From NCBI GenBank assembly GCA_051252375.1, contig JBPOFY010000003.1:160001-224000 (forward strand): a stretch of 64,000 nucleotides of DNA, given 5' to 3'. The position numbers were made by a program, and so were the translations under genes. Below the pieces are notes generated by a model, which worked only from the letters and a program-made list of their open reading frames with translations, made no database searches and was not told where the DNA came from. The DNA comes from Opitutaceae bacterium. Its GTDB lineage: Bacteria > Verrucomicrobiota > Verrucomicrobiia > Opitutales > Coraliomargaritaceae. Positions 7,936 to 19,260 of this stretch are shown here, piece by piece. Each line of letters begins with the position of its first letter. The first letter of the stretch is position 1.

Positions 7936-9069
7936 CTATTCGCCCTTAAAGCGTTCGTGGACGATTTGTCCGTCTTTAGTGATGAGGCAGCCATTGAGGA
8001 TTTCATCTTCAGTGCTGTACTTGAAGTCCTTGGCTTCGGCGTCCCAGAAGTGCTCGATCAAATTATAGAAATTTGAGGCGAGCATGAGTGTGGCGTCTTT
8101 AGGATAGTAGCCTTCGAGGTTTTCGGGGCCGAGGATGCGGACACCGTTGTCGGTGACGACTTCTTCGCCTACTTTGGAGCCTTCGACATTGCCGCCGGAC
8201 TCAACTGCGAGGTCGACGAGTATGCTACCGGGGAGCATTTGTTTGAGCACTTCGTTGTTGAGGATGAGTGGTGCTTTGCGGCCAAAGAGTTTAGCGGTAG
8301 TGATGACTACGTCTGCGCGGGCGCAGGCCTTGGCCATTTCCTGACGTTGCTTTTCCAACTGCTCTGGTGTCAATTCTTTGGCGTAGCCTTGATCGGTTTG
8401 TCCGGTGTCGCCCAAGTCAACCTTCACAAATTTAGCACCTAGTGATTTAACCTGTTCTTCCACGACTGGGCGTGTATCAAATGCTTCGACACGTGCGCCG
8501 AGACGCTTGGCTGTGGCGATCGCTTGTAGCCCAGCAACACCAACCCCGATGATAAAGAAACGTGCGGGTGAAATGGTTCCCGAGGGCGTCATCATCATAG
8601 GAAGAATTTTGCGCATGCGGTCGGCGGCCATAGTGACCGCGGCGTAGCCTGCAAGATTGGCTTGCGAGGATAGCGCATCCATCTTCTGCGCGAGCGTGCT
8701 ACGCGGAATCATTTCCAGGCTGACTGCTGCGATGTTACGCTGGGCAAGATCGTCGATCAGTGCCTTTTCATTGAATGGGTCGAGGAAACTGATGTGGAGT
8801 GTGCCGGGGCGAACACCCTCGAGTTCGCTGGCTTCAGGTTTACGCACACGGGTAATAATGTCGGCCTGTGCATAACCACTCGCGGCATCGTCCACGATTT
8901 GTGCGCCTGCTTCGATATACTCGGCGTCGGTGTAGTCTGATTTTAAGCCGGCTCCTTTTTGGACGAGCACTTCAAGGCCGAGGTCTTTTAGTTTCTTTGC
9001 AGTGGTGGGTGCAATGGCGGCTCTTGTTTCCGCCGGGTGTGTTTCAAGTGGGGCAAATAAGCGTTTCAT
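7936..9069 (-). CDS. pntA: NAD(P) transhydrogenase alpha-1 (soluble NAD-binding) subunit
   Basis: ETRAA, PRSTLAQKMDALSSQANLAGY, GVGVAGLQAIATAKRLGA, GYAKE. Confidence 0.96.
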   Translation of the reverse strand: MKRLFAPLETHPAETRAAIAPTTAKKLKDLGLEVLVQKGAGLKSDYTDAEYIEAGAQIVDDAASGYAQADIITRVRKPEASELEGVRPGTLHISFLDPFNEKALIDDLAQRNIAAVSLEMIPRSTLAQKMDALSSQANLAGYAAVTMAADRMRKILPMMMTPSGTISPARFFIIGVGVAGLQAIATAKRLGARVEAFDTRPVVEEQVKSLGAKFVKVDLGDTGQTDQGYAKELTPEQLEKQRQEMAKACARADVVITTAKLFGRKAPLILNNEVLKQMLPGSILVDLAVESGGNVEGSKVGEEVVTDNGVRILGPENLEGYYPKDATLMLASNFYNLIEHFWDAEAKDFKYSTEDEILNGCLITKDGQIVHERFKGE

Positions 9070-9190
9070 ACGTATCTAAAGGAAGGATCTATATCGTTTG
9101 TTGATAGCGATATAAAGTGATTTATCCGAAACAGGCTAACTAATTTTGCAAGACTTTGTAGTTGTTGCTTATGCAATGCTCGCTCGGCGT

Positions 9191-9224
9191 AAAAAAGGCC
9201 GAACGTTTGCACGTTCGGCCTTTT
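9191..9224. terminator. Intrinsic terminator downstream of fbaA
   Basis: AAAAAAGGCCGAACGT-TTGC-ACGTTCGGCCTTTT. Confidence 0.85.
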
Positions 9225-9242
9225 GGAAAGAATTAGATTCAA

Positions 9243-10274
<1,032 letters not shown>

Positions 10275-10481
10275 GATACTGGATTAGTTTTGTTTATTGC
10301 GTTTAACTTCAGTTTAAGTGTGTCTAATGCATGTTTTCCGGATGAGGCAACATCATTTCTTTTGATACTGAATTTTCAACCTTGGATTTATCTCTAATGC
10401 ATCTTTTAGACCAAAAGTATCGAATTGCACTGGAAATTTCTGATTTCTGGTATATGTCACCTTCCTCCTTTCTTGTTTTTC

Positions 10482-12326
10482 GTGAATAGATCACCCCATA
10501 GTATAACGCGAGTGCTGGCAGTTTTGATGTTCAGTGCGTCGGCTTCTTGGGCTCTGGATGGTAGCAATGATGTCATTTTTACTGTGCCGTCAGGGCAAAC
10601 GACAGGTTGGAAGACTTTTGAAATCATTACTGGCGATGATGCATTGGGCGGTCTGGCAGTTGGTGGTTTTACTTGGGATGTAGACAATCATGATGATTGG
10701 GATGGTTTAGGTGCGTATCGACAGAGCGAAAGTGTGTTATCTGTGTTCATCAATCATGAGGTTGGCATGGATGTCGCGAACGACATAATCGGTAGCTTTA
10801 GTCGTGTGGACTTGGATGTTACCGCTTTAAAGGACTGGATTGCTTTAGGTATCCCGAATAACTCCAATTTTAACCAGGTGCCGCCTCCGAGCACTGTAGT
10901 GATGTCTATTGGTCTGGGTTGGTCGTCGGTTGATTCCGCGAGTGTGACGACGGCATTGGATAATCCTTGCTCAGCAAACGCGTGGCTTGCCAATACTTTT
11001 GGTGAGGGTCGAGGTTTTGCCGATGATCTGTATCTTCTCGGTGAGGAACTCGAAGGGGGGGGCTCGATATGGGTGATGGATTTATCCGATAATAAATTGT
11101 ATCAAGCAGTCGACCTTGGAGCTGGACGCTGGGAAAATGCGACACCGATTGATACCGGACGGACGGATACGATCGCACTGGTCATTTCAGAAGATCGGGG
11201 TCCATTTCCTAATGGTAGAGAACCGAATGATGCTGAAAGCTCTCCGATCTATTTATATGTAGGCGAGAAGGATCCTACCGGTAATTTTTTAGAGCGTAAC
11301 GGACTTTCTGGGGGTAAGATTTACTATTGGGACTGCACTGACCTGGAAGGTCGATATGGCACATTTGCGGGGATTTTTAATGGCGGCAATGGACTTACCT
11401 TGAATGGGCAATGGGTGTCTGATCTTGCAGATGCAGTTCAGTTTTCGAAATGTGAAGACGTCCATACCAATATGAATAAGGACTCTGAGGGGTATGGTCT
11501 TGAAGTGGCCTTGGCTTGTCAGTGGCAGGGGCTTTTTAAAATTGATTTCAAGTCCACACCTTTCGTGCAGGGTGACATTGGTCCCGGTGCTATGAGCACT
11601 ATCTCGGTTTTATTAAAGGGGGAAGAGGGGGATTCAGTGTTGGGGGATCAAGATAACCTTACTTGGTCTGCGGATGGTAAAATTTATATCAATGAAGACG
11701 AGCCCACGGATGGTAATGTATGGGTGCTCGACCCCGAGGGGATCGAGGCGGGATATGCCACCGGCAATTCTACGCCGGATGCTACGCAATACGGTATATT
11801 GATGGATGTGAATACTGATGGTGAGAGTTCGGGAATCATCGATGTTTCCGAAGAATTGGACTATCAGCCCGGCAGCTTGTTTTTAACGGTTGCGCAATCT
11901 GGCACGCTTAACGGTAATCAACTCGCACTGTTGGTTTCGCCGAATGCAGCGCCACTTTCCTCGGTTTATGATGATTGGGCGGCTAGTTATCCGGCATTGG
12001 ATACCGAGGCAAAGCGCCTCGACACGGCTGATCCGGATATGGATGGCCTCTTGAATGCGGTGGAGTTTGCCTTAGGGCTGTCGCCAGTGGGGGCAAATAC
12101 GACTTCGCCACTTACTTTTGATCTCAATGCCTCGACGCTTAGTTTTATCCCTGTTCGTTCATTGAACGTGGTTGAGTATTGGGTGGATTGCACGGAAGAC
12201 TTTTCGTTGGGATTTACAGCGTCCATTCTTGTGACAGCAGAAGACATTTCCGCGACAGGGGTCGCCTCAGTGAGTTTGCCGCAGGGGGATCGACTCTTTT
12301 ATCGCTTGCGAGTGGAAGTGCCTTAG
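10482..12326 (+). CDS. Secreted PhoX-like (DUF839-related) beta-propeller protein with a Verrucomicrobia-type C-terminal domain
   Basis: Signal peptide from GTG 10482 (...[10 protein letters not shown]; the ORF track starts at 10425). Motifs [30 protein letters not shown] and ESSGIID. C-terminus has [17 protein letters not shown] and ends in FYRLRVEVP. Confidence 0.55.
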   Translation: MNRSPHSITRVLAVLMFSASASWALDGSNDVIFTVPSGQTTGWKTFEIITGDDALGGLAVGGFTWDVDNHDDWDGLGAYRQSESVLSVFINHEVGMDVANDIIGSFSRVDLDVTALKDWIALGIPNNSNFNQVPPPSTVVMSIGLGWSSVDSASVTTALDNPCSANAWLANTFGEGRGFADDLYLLGEELEGGGSIWVMDLSDNKLYQAVDLGAGRWENATPIDTGRTDTIALVISEDRGPFPNGREPNDAESSPIYLYVGEKDPTGNFLERNGLSGGKIYYWDCTDLEGRYGTFAGIFNGGNGLTLNGQWVSDLADAVQFSKCEDVHTNMNKDSEGYGLEVALACQWQGLFKIDFKSTPFVQGDIGPGAMSTISVLLKGEEGDSVLGDQDNLTWSADGKIYINEDEPTDGNVWVLDPEGIEAGYATGNSTPDATQYGILMDVNTDGESSGIIDVSEELDYQPGSLFLTVAQSGTLNGNQLALLVSPNAAPLSSVYDDWAASYPALDTEAKRLDTADPDMDGLLNAVEFALGLSPVGANTTSPLTFDLNASTLSFIPVRSLNVVEYWVDCTEDFSLGFTASILVTAEDISATGVASVSLPQGDRLFYRLRVEVP

Positions 12327-13771
12327 TCGTATCGACGGCGTAGATTCGTCGGCAGGATGCCCAGTTCTTCGCGATATTTCGCAACCGTGCGGCGAGCGAT
12401 TTTGATGTCTTTATCTTTGAGTAAATTAACGATGCCTTGGTCGCTATAAGGCTTTGATGGGTTTTCTTCTTCGATGAAGTGACTGATCATATCTTTGATC
12501 GTCTTGTTCGACACAGATTCGCCGCTGGCTGAGGTGAAGCCAGGGGTGAAGAAATACTTGAACGCAAAGACGCCGTGCGGTGTGCGGATGAATTTGTTGG
12601 CGATTGCTCGGCTGATGGTCGTTTCGTGCACGCCTACTGTTTGAGCAATGGTATTCATCGTCAAGGGGCGCAGCTTGGAGACGCCTTCTTCGAAGAATTC
12701 GTTTTGAAAGCTGAGGATCTCTCGAGTGATCCGCTCGATGGTCTGTTGGCGTTGCTCGATTGAGCTGATGAGGAATTTACCCGAGCGCATGCGCTCTAGC
12801 ATGTAGTCTTTCTCTTGTTTGCTAAGGGTTCCTTTTGCCAGCAAGTCTTTGTAAACGCCGCTTATGCGTAGGCGCGGGATGTAGTCGTTGTTTAAATCGA
12901 CCTTCCATTCGCCGTATTCATCTTTGAATACAGTGACATCTGGTTCGATGACTGCGTTGGAGTCTGGGCTGAAGCGCTTTCCTGGTGCGGGGTCGAGGGT
13001 GGCAATTTCTTCGATCGCGGCTTGGACGTCGTCGGTTGTTGTTCCGGTCTTGCGGCAAATGTCGGGGATGCGGCGTCGCACGAGTAGGGGGAAGTGGTCG
13101 CGAAGTATACGCGCTGCGAGTGCAGTGCCGCGACCGCGCAATTCCAATTGCGTGACCAAGCAATCCTGCATGTCCACTGTGCCGATGCCTGGGGGGTCGA
13201 AGGTTTTGAGAGTTTCGACGCACTTCTGCACGATGCCATAGGGTGTGCGGCTGGTCAGTGCGATGTTGGAAACTGTTTCAGTTAGGTAGCCGTTGTCGTC
13301 TATACTACCGATGAGGTAGAAGAGGGCTTCGCGCTCTTGCTTGGAGCAGTCGGTCAGTTCTGCTTGCTCGACGAGATGCTGTTGTAGTGAGACGCCCTGT
13401 GTGAGGGAGTTCATGAAGTGGTCGCGGCGCTCTTCGTCTTCAGTGGTGTGGGTTTGTCCACTGTTCTCCTGGGCAAATTGCTCGCGCACATCTTCGCTCA
13501 TTTTGTCGAGGATGCTATAGTCGTCGGCATTGAAGCTCAGCTCTTCGTCGGCGTCGCGCTCGTCCTCGGTCGTCGTTTCACGTTCTTCTTCGACGCTAAT
13601 GCTGTCGATGGAAAGTTCTTCCAGTAGCGGGTTGGCTTCCAGTTCTTCGAGGATGGAAGTGCGGAGTTCTACTGCGGGCGCTTGTAGGATTTTAAGTGAA
13701 TTACGTAGTTGAGGCGCTAAAACCAGCGACTGCGTTTGTTTCTGAACCTGTTGGAAACCCTGTGAGCTCAT
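12323..13771 (-). CDS. rpoN: RNA polymerase sigma-54 factor
   Basis: Gln/Leu-rich region [17 protein letters not shown] and the RpoN box [10 protein letters not shown]. Confidence 0.98.
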   Translation of the reverse strand: MSSQGFQQVQKQTQSLVLAPQLRNSLKILQAPAVELRTSILEELEANPLLEELSIDSISVEEERETTTEDERDADEELSFNADDYSILDKMSEDVREQFAQENSGQTHTTEDEERRDHFMNSLTQGVSLQQHLVEQAELTDCSKQEREALFYLIGSIDDNGYLTETVSNIALTSRTPYGIVQKCVETLKTFDPPGIGTVDMQDCLVTQLELRGRGTALAARILRDHFPLLVRRRIPDICRKTGTTTDDVQAAIEEIATLDPAPGKRFSPDSNAVIEPDVTVFKDEYGEWKVDLNNDYIPRLRISGVYKDLLAKGTLSKQEKDYMLERMRSGKFLISSIEQRQQTIERITREILSFQNEFFEEGVSKLRPLTMNTIAQTVGVHETTISRAIANKFIRTPHGVFAFKYFFTPGFTSASGESVSNKTIKDMISHFIEEENPSKPYSDQGIVNLLKDKDIKIARRTVAKYREELGILPTNLRRRYD

Positions 13772-13787
13772 ATTGATGCCGTTTTCA

Positions 13788-14789
13788 CTATGTTTCGGAG
13801 TGAGCTCCTAGGCCAGGGGTTGCACCTGTGGCCCAGCGACTCGCTGCATTGCGTCCGTCCTCGCTGTAGAGATCGATGGCATAATTCGCTAATTTTTCGT
13901 TGGTCGGTCCGTAGCCTTCGCCGTAGAGGAAGACCTCTAGGGCGGTCAGCATTTGGTCTGCGCTTTGAAAGCGTTTGTTGCGATCGCGTTTGAATCCAAG
14001 CTGTAATATATCGTCCAATCTTGGATCGATATTATTGTTCATTTCGTTGAAGTCGGGAATCGCGAGTTCGAGGATATTCTTACGCGTCGCGATTTCGTCG
14101 GATGCCTCAAAAATATTCTCACCAAGAAGTAGCTCGGCTAGGATGATGGCGCAGCTGAAGAGGTCGGCTCGCGCATCGGTGACTTGGCGCAGGGCTTGCT
14201 CGGGGGAGAGGTATTCATCCTTTCCTGCGATCACTTCGCCTTCCTTGTTATACATGAGGTCGAGTGCCTTCGCGATGCCGAAGTCCGTAAGCTTCACGTC
14301 ACCTTCGCGGGCTATCATGATGTTTCTTGGGTTCACGTCGCGGTGAACAATGCCTAAGGGGCGCCCCGACTTATCGCATTTTTTATGGGCGTAGGCGAGG
14401 CCACGGCAAACGCGCGAAACAATGAAGGCGGCAAGATCTGCGGGTATGGCTTGGTCGGTTTGATTATGGCGTTCGATGAAATCTTCTAGCGTGATGCCGT
14501 CCACATATTCCATGGTCATGAAATATTGACCGCTGATCTCACCTAAATGGTAGGTTTGCACGATATTTGTGTGGATCAAGTCGGCGACGAGTCGGGCTTC
14601 GCCAATAAAATTATTTCGAAATTCTTCAATTTTAGAATATTCTTCCCGAATTAATTTTATCGCGACGCGCTTGGTGAAATCGCCAGATCCGTGCTGTTCG
14701 CCCTCATAGACTATGCCCATGCCGCCTTCAGCGATCACTCGAGTGAGCTCAAAGCGAAGTTCTGCAAATATGTGGCGAAGCTTTGTCAT
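13788..14789 (-). CDS. Hanks-type Ser/Thr protein kinase, kinase domain only (cytoplasmic)
   Basis: [35 protein letters not shown]; no TM segment. Confidence 0.92.
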   Translation of the reverse strand: MTKLRHIFAELRFELTRVIAEGGMGIVYEGEQHGSGDFTKRVAIKLIREEYSKIEEFRNNFIGEARLVADLIHTNIVQTYHLGEISGQYFMTMEYVDGITLEDFIERHNQTDQAIPADLAAFIVSRVCRGLAYAHKKCDKSGRPLGIVHRDVNPRNIMIAREGDVKLTDFGIAKALDLMYNKEGEVIAGKDEYLSPEQALRQVTDARADLFSCAIILAELLLGENIFEASDEIATRKNILELAIPDFNEMNNNIDPRLDDILQLGFKRDRNKRFQSADQMLTALEVFLYGEGYGPTNEKLANYAIDLYSEDGRNAASRWATGATPGLGAHSET

Positions 14790-14918
14790 TTCCCTGTATC
14801 AAAGGTCTATATAATTATTTCGCAAGCGGATTTATCAAACTAGCACGAAAAATGCTACAATCGCAGTATTGGCAGTCCGTGAGTTGACACGAGAGACCTT
14901 CAGGCTTTGTTTTCAGTC

Positions 14919-15236
14919 ATGATAACAATTACTGATAGTGCCGTCCTGCAAATAAGTAAGCTGGCAGCGGAAAAAGCGACCGAAGGCCAATTACTTCGTA
15001 TCTTTGTCGAAGCGGGTGGTTGCTCCGGTTTCGAGTATGGGATGTCTTTTGATGATGCCAAGCCAGATGATAAGCAGCTTGAAGACAATGGGGTCTCGTT
15101 TCTCATCGATGCTACCAGCTATGAATACTTAGATGGCAGTGAAGTCGATTTTGACGATGGTCTCAGTGGCAAAGGTTTTGATATTCGTAATCCCAATGCG
15201 ACTAGCACATGTGGCTGTGGGCGGTCTTTTAATTAG
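14919..15236 (+). CDS. erpA: A-type Fe-S cluster carrier (HesB/IscA/ErpA)
   Basis: GGCSGFEY and NPNATSTCGCGRSF; start placed at ATG 14919. Confidence 0.9.
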   Translation: MITITDSAVLQISKLAAEKATEGQLLRIFVEAGGCSGFEYGMSFDDAKPDDKQLEDNGVSFLIDATSYEYLDGSEVDFDDGLSGKGFDIRNPNATSTCGCGRSFN

Positions 15237-15254
15237 TCCTCGTTTAATTTAATC

Positions 15255-15316
15255 AAAAAAAAAGAGGCGGCCCTATCCGATAGCAAATGCATCGGGTGGG
15301 GCCGCCTCGATTTTTT
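15255..15316. terminator. Bidirectional terminator between convergent erpA and carboxyltransferase genes
   Basis: A-tract, long stem GAGGCGGCCC...GGGCCGCCTC, then T-tract. Confidence 0.7.
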
Positions 15317-15326
15317 CAGGTCGGGA

Positions 15327-16829
15327 CTAGACGACTTCTTCAACGCCGACTTCGAGGCGCTTTCCGTTGATCGTCAAACCGTAGCGCTTGACCGGACCGC
15401 TTGAAGTCGAGGGTGCAGCAGCAGGGCTGGCTGGTGCTTCGGCTTTCGCAGGTGCTGGCTTGGGCTTTGGTTTGTTGGTCCCTTTGAGATGAGCTTCCAA
15501 TTGAGCAGGGAACATTGCGTAGATTACGCAGTGCTCGTCGTCGCTTGGTAAACCTTTACCTTCAAGTTCTTTACGCAGGTCGTCCATGTGCTTGTGAACG
15601 GCACCCGGTGCTTCAACAGGGCGGCAAGTGATGGGCTCTTTCTTCGCTTGCTTGGCAGCCAGAGCTTGTAGCTCGGGGTCCACCGGCGCAGGCGTGCGGC
15701 CATAGTAGCCAAGTGCGATGTCTGCGGCTTGTGGAGAGATTTGTTTCCAGCGGCCGAACTTCACATTGAGGAAGGCTTGCATGCCGACGATCTGCGAAGT
15801 GGGGGTGACCAGTGGGATCCAACCAAGAGCTTCGCGCACGACCGGGATTTCGCGGAAGACTTCGTCGAATTTATCTTCCATCTTTTGCTCTTTGAGCTGT
15901 GTGCGGAAGTTGGAGAGCATGCCGCCGGGCACTTGATACTCGAGTGTATCGACATCGATCACTTCGTTTTTGTGACCAGTGAAGTCGCTGAGCTCTTCAT
16001 AGGCTTTTTCAAGGTGAGTGCGGACTTCTCTGAGCGATGCTTTTTGTTCATCGCTGACTACGGGGCAGCGTTTGTGCCCTTGCAGCATGGCAAGCATACG
16101 CGTGGTGTCTGGCTGTCCTGTGCCGTTGGCAAATGGTGAAACCGAAAGGTCGATCGCATCTACACCCGCATCGATCGCGGCCATGTAAGTGCCTGCTCCT
16201 AGACCCGCTGTGTCGTGGGTGTGAATCCAGACAGGAATTTTGAGCGTATCTTTTAGACCTTTGATAATGTCGTAGGCCTGCATCGGTGGAATGAGTCCCG
16301 CCATATCTTTGAGGACGATGGCATGGGCACCCATTTCTTCGAGCTCTTTACCCATCTCGATGAACTTCTCGGTGGTGTGCACAGGGCTGCTGGTGTAGCA
16401 GATGGTGCCGTGGGCTTGTGCGCCAGCTTCTCGAGCGGCGTCGATCGCGCATTTCATATTACGCGTATCGTTGAGCGCATCAAAAATACGGAAGATGTTC
16501 ATGCCGTGCTTCGCGCTGGTTTTGATGAACGTGCTGACCACGTCGTCAGGGAAGTGGGCGTATTGCACGATGTTTTGCCCGCGCAACAGCATCATGTGTG
16601 GTGTCTTTGGGCATGCCTTCTTTAGCGCATCGAGGCGGTCGAAGGGGAATTCGTCCAAAAAGCGAAGTCCGGAATCAATTGTGGCACCGCCCCAAGTTTC
16701 GAGAGCACCGAATCCCCAGTCGTCGAGTTGCTTACAAACGGGCAGCATTTGCTCGGTTGTCATGCGCGTTGCGGCGAGGCTTTGGTGTCCATCACGGAGG
16801 ACGTTGTTGTTAAGTATTACTGATTTCAT
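15327..16829 (-). CDS. Pyruvate/oxaloacetate carboxyltransferase (OadA/PycB/transcarboxylase 5S family) with no biotinyl domain
   Basis: LRDGHQSLAATRM, WGGAT, MLLRGQN, FRIFDALND, KDMAG, HTHDT, QVPGGMLSN, PLVTPTSQIVG; Ala/Pro linker at the end but no AMKM motif. Confidence 0.9.
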   Translation of the reverse strand: MKSVILNNNVLRDGHQSLAATRMTTEQMLPVCKQLDDWGFGALETWGGATIDSGLRFLDEFPFDRLDALKKACPKTPHMMLLRGQNIVQYAHFPDDVVSTFIKTSAKHGMNIFRIFDALNDTRNMKCAIDAAREAGAQAHGTICYTSSPVHTTEKFIEMGKELEEMGAHAIVLKDMAGLIPPMQAYDIIKGLKDTLKIPVWIHTHDTAGLGAGTYMAAIDAGVDAIDLSVSPFANGTGQPDTTRMLAMLQGHKRCPVVSDEQKASLREVRTHLEKAYEELSDFTGHKNEVIDVDTLEYQVPGGMLSNFRTQLKEQKMEDKFDEVFREIPVVREALGWIPLVTPTSQIVGMQAFLNVKFGRWKQISPQAADIALGYYGRTPAPVDPELQALAAKQAKKEPITCRPVEAPGAVHKHMDDLRKELEGKGLPSDDEHCVIYAMFPAQLEAHLKGTNKPKPKPAPAKAEAPASPAAAPSTSSGPVKRYGLTINGKRLEVGVEEVV

Positions 16830-17028
16830 AATGTCTTAGGATAAGTAAAACTTAAGTGAAGTGATTATAGGATTCAAGTTTTTTATGCAAAAAAATGGCG
16901 ATCCTCTTGAAATGGTCACAGGCTGGGCGCGCCGAGGAGCCCTCCAGCCCATGAATGCTAGACGGTGTCGATGAAGTCTTTCAACCGAGCACTTTGCTCG
17001 GTTGTTGCTAGGTAAAGCGCGGCTTTGA

Positions 17029-19146
17029 TTAGAGCCCTTGAGACTTTCGCTCGGCGCGCTGAGCGTCTTCCATACGATTCAACTGACGGTAAGCCAAAGA
17101 AAGGTTATACCATGCGCGGTAGAACTGTGGTTCCATCGCTACGGTCTCTTCGAGATAGCCAGCGGCGCGTTCCAGTTCGCCAGCTTCAGCGGCGAGTAGT
17201 CCGAGAGAGTATGGGAACATTGGATTTTCAGGTGCGAGCTCCCATCCGGTGTTGAGATAACGAGCCGCGGGGTCATTCAGTCCAGCTGAGCTCAACAGTA
17301 TGGCTGCTTGGTGATACATCTCCGGATTGAGCGAATCCAGCAGCACGGCACGAACGACATACTTTTGCACCTCGGCAGGGTTCCCATCGCGTGCTGCTTT
17401 ATTGGCCATAAGGAGTAGGCTTTGCGGGCGATCCATATTAAAATTGATATAGTTCTGCCACTCTTCTGCTACTTGCGCGTCAGGGACATCGAGTCCTTGT
17501 GAGGCGAGCGCCATGGAAGCCGCGATGCGGACGCTGCGAGAGTTGTCGCCAAGTTTGTCGATGATGACTGCTTTGTTTTCAGGCATTTGTCCGAGTGATC
17601 GGACTGCCCGACCACGGACCAAGGCGCTTTCGTCGTCCAACAACGTTTTGAGGTGAGTGACGACTTCGATGTTCGGCAGATAGCTTGCGAGAAGTCCTGC
17701 GTAGGTGGCTCGCCATGCGGGGATTTCTTCTCCTTCGGCGACGGCTAATAGTGCCGGCATCCCTTCCGGTTCCATCGCATAGGCGGCAGCGATCGCACGT
17801 GCGCGCTGGCGTTGGCGGCTTTGAGCGAGTTTCTCGCCATACCATTTCTCAGCATATTCGACTGCCCAGTCGACGCTTTCGTCGCTATGACATTTGCTAC
17901 AGGCGTTGGGGATTCCTAGTTCTTGAGTCATCAGTGGATCGGGGGAGTGGAAGCCGTGGTCTGCCCGATCATCGATTTGCATATAGGTTGTTTGAGGCAT
18001 GTGGCATTCGACACAGCGATTGCCGGTGCTGCCTGCTGGGTGAAAACTGTGCTCGGTTGGCTTGATGATCGGTGCCTCCATTGTGCCACCAGCTTCATGG
18101 CAGCGCATGCAGAGCATGTTATTTTCTACGGGCAAAATGTGCTCCAAAGTGTGCGGGTTGTGGCAGTCCATGCAGCTCACTCCAGCGTGTGCCATGCGGC
18201 TCATTTGGAACGATCCATAAACAAAGTCTTCGTCGATGATTTGTCCGTCTGGGTGGTAGAGGTCGGGCTGATCCGGAAGCGACAATGTGAAGTGGTCGTC
18301 ATATGCATCACCGAATTTATATGCATCAGCGGTTAACTGGTCGCGACGAGAGTGGCAGGTTGCGCAGTTTTGAATGGTGTGCACTTTGTCCGGAATCGGT
18401 TTACTGGTATAGTTTTCTGATTGAGCTTCGGCTATGTGATCTTCGAGTCCGGTATGACATTCGGCGCAGGCGATGCCTTGTTGGATCCAATTTGGATCGT
18501 AGCTGTTGCTCTCAAAATTAAATCCTTTTTGGTATTCGGTGGTGTGGCAATAAGCGCAGTTTGAATTCCAGTTCATCCCCTGACCGGCCCAGTGACCCCA
18601 CTCGCCAGGCATGCGGTCTTGCCCCGCATACACATCCAACCAGCGGTCTTCTATAACGTCGTAGGTGGCGCTGATGGTTTGGAATTTGTTGCCCGGTAAC
18701 TCGGCAAGGTATTGGCGTAAGGGCGTGTAGCCGATCACGCCGACAAGGTCATAGACTAGCGGGCTTTCACCTTCCTCTAACACGCGAAGTTCAAACTTTC
18801 CGTTGTTCTCGGCGAGTTCGTAAGTGACGCCGGATTCCTCAACGTAGCGAGCCGGGGTGAAGGCACCGCGATCATGTTCGATCGAGACTGGGCGGTTGGC
18901 TTTGGCGTGATGGCTCTTTTTCCAATCGGTCACTGCATCCTCATGGCACTTGGCACATGCGTCGGGGCCGACGACGGCTTGCCGTGCAGGATTGTGAGAG
19001 ATCGCAAACGCGGGTATGTCGTTACGATTGGTTCCTTTAGTGGGCTCGTATCCAGCGTCGTTGGAATCACCGCATCCGGAGAAAAGACAGATGAGACTAA
19101 CAAATGCTGCAGCGATGGCGCCAGAGCGTAATAAATGGAAAAGCAT
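17029..19146 (-). CDS. Multiheme (8 CxxCH) cytochrome c lipoprotein with HEAT and TPR repeats
   Basis: Lipobox FSGC. Heme motifs CAKCH, CAYCH, CAECH, CATCH, CMDCH, CMRCH, CVECH, CSKCH. HEAT-like LDDESALVRGRAVRSLG; TPR-like AWYNLSLAYRQLNR. Confidence 0.85.
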   Translation of the reverse strand: MLFHLLRSGAIAAAFVSLICLFSGCGDSNDAGYEPTKGTNRNDIPAFAISHNPARQAVVGPDACAKCHEDAVTDWKKSHHAKANRPVSIEHDRGAFTPARYVEESGVTYELAENNGKFELRVLEEGESPLVYDLVGVIGYTPLRQYLAELPGNKFQTISATYDVIEDRWLDVYAGQDRMPGEWGHWAGQGMNWNSNCAYCHTTEYQKGFNFESNSYDPNWIQQGIACAECHTGLEDHIAEAQSENYTSKPIPDKVHTIQNCATCHSRRDQLTADAYKFGDAYDDHFTLSLPDQPDLYHPDGQIIDEDFVYGSFQMSRMAHAGVSCMDCHNPHTLEHILPVENNMLCMRCHEAGGTMEAPIIKPTEHSFHPAGSTGNRCVECHMPQTTYMQIDDRADHGFHSPDPLMTQELGIPNACSKCHSDESVDWAVEYAEKWYGEKLAQSRQRQRARAIAAAYAMEPEGMPALLAVAEGEEIPAWRATYAGLLASYLPNIEVVTHLKTLLDDESALVRGRAVRSLGQMPENKAVIIDKLGDNSRSVRIAASMALASQGLDVPDAQVAEEWQNYINFNMDRPQSLLLMANKAARDGNPAEVQKYVVRAVLLDSLNPEMYHQAAILLSSAGLNDPAARYLNTGWELAPENPMFPYSLGLLAAEAGELERAAGYLEETVAMEPQFYRAWYNLSLAYRQLNRMEDAQRAERKSQGL

Positions 19147-19260
19147 GGCTGAGAATGTTCGTATTAGACGCTGACGGTCAAGCAGGATGCTTTCGTTCTT
19201 CTAATCCTATTAGTGGCTTCGATGAAGCGTATGAAAGGTGGCTGTGATACGATTAATACT

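Noticed and set aside
16915..17010. Hairpins upstream of the carboxyltransferase gene (for example CAACCGAGCA-CTT-TGCTCGGTTG) as an ncRNA or riboswitch
   Set aside because: I cannot match them to a known family, and there is no U-tract on the transcribed strand; an Rfam search would be needed.
17029..19146. NrfA nitrite reductase or hydroxylamine oxidoreductase call for the multiheme protein
   Set aside because: There is no CxxCK motif or partner gene, and the HEAT/TPR tail does not fit those enzymes.
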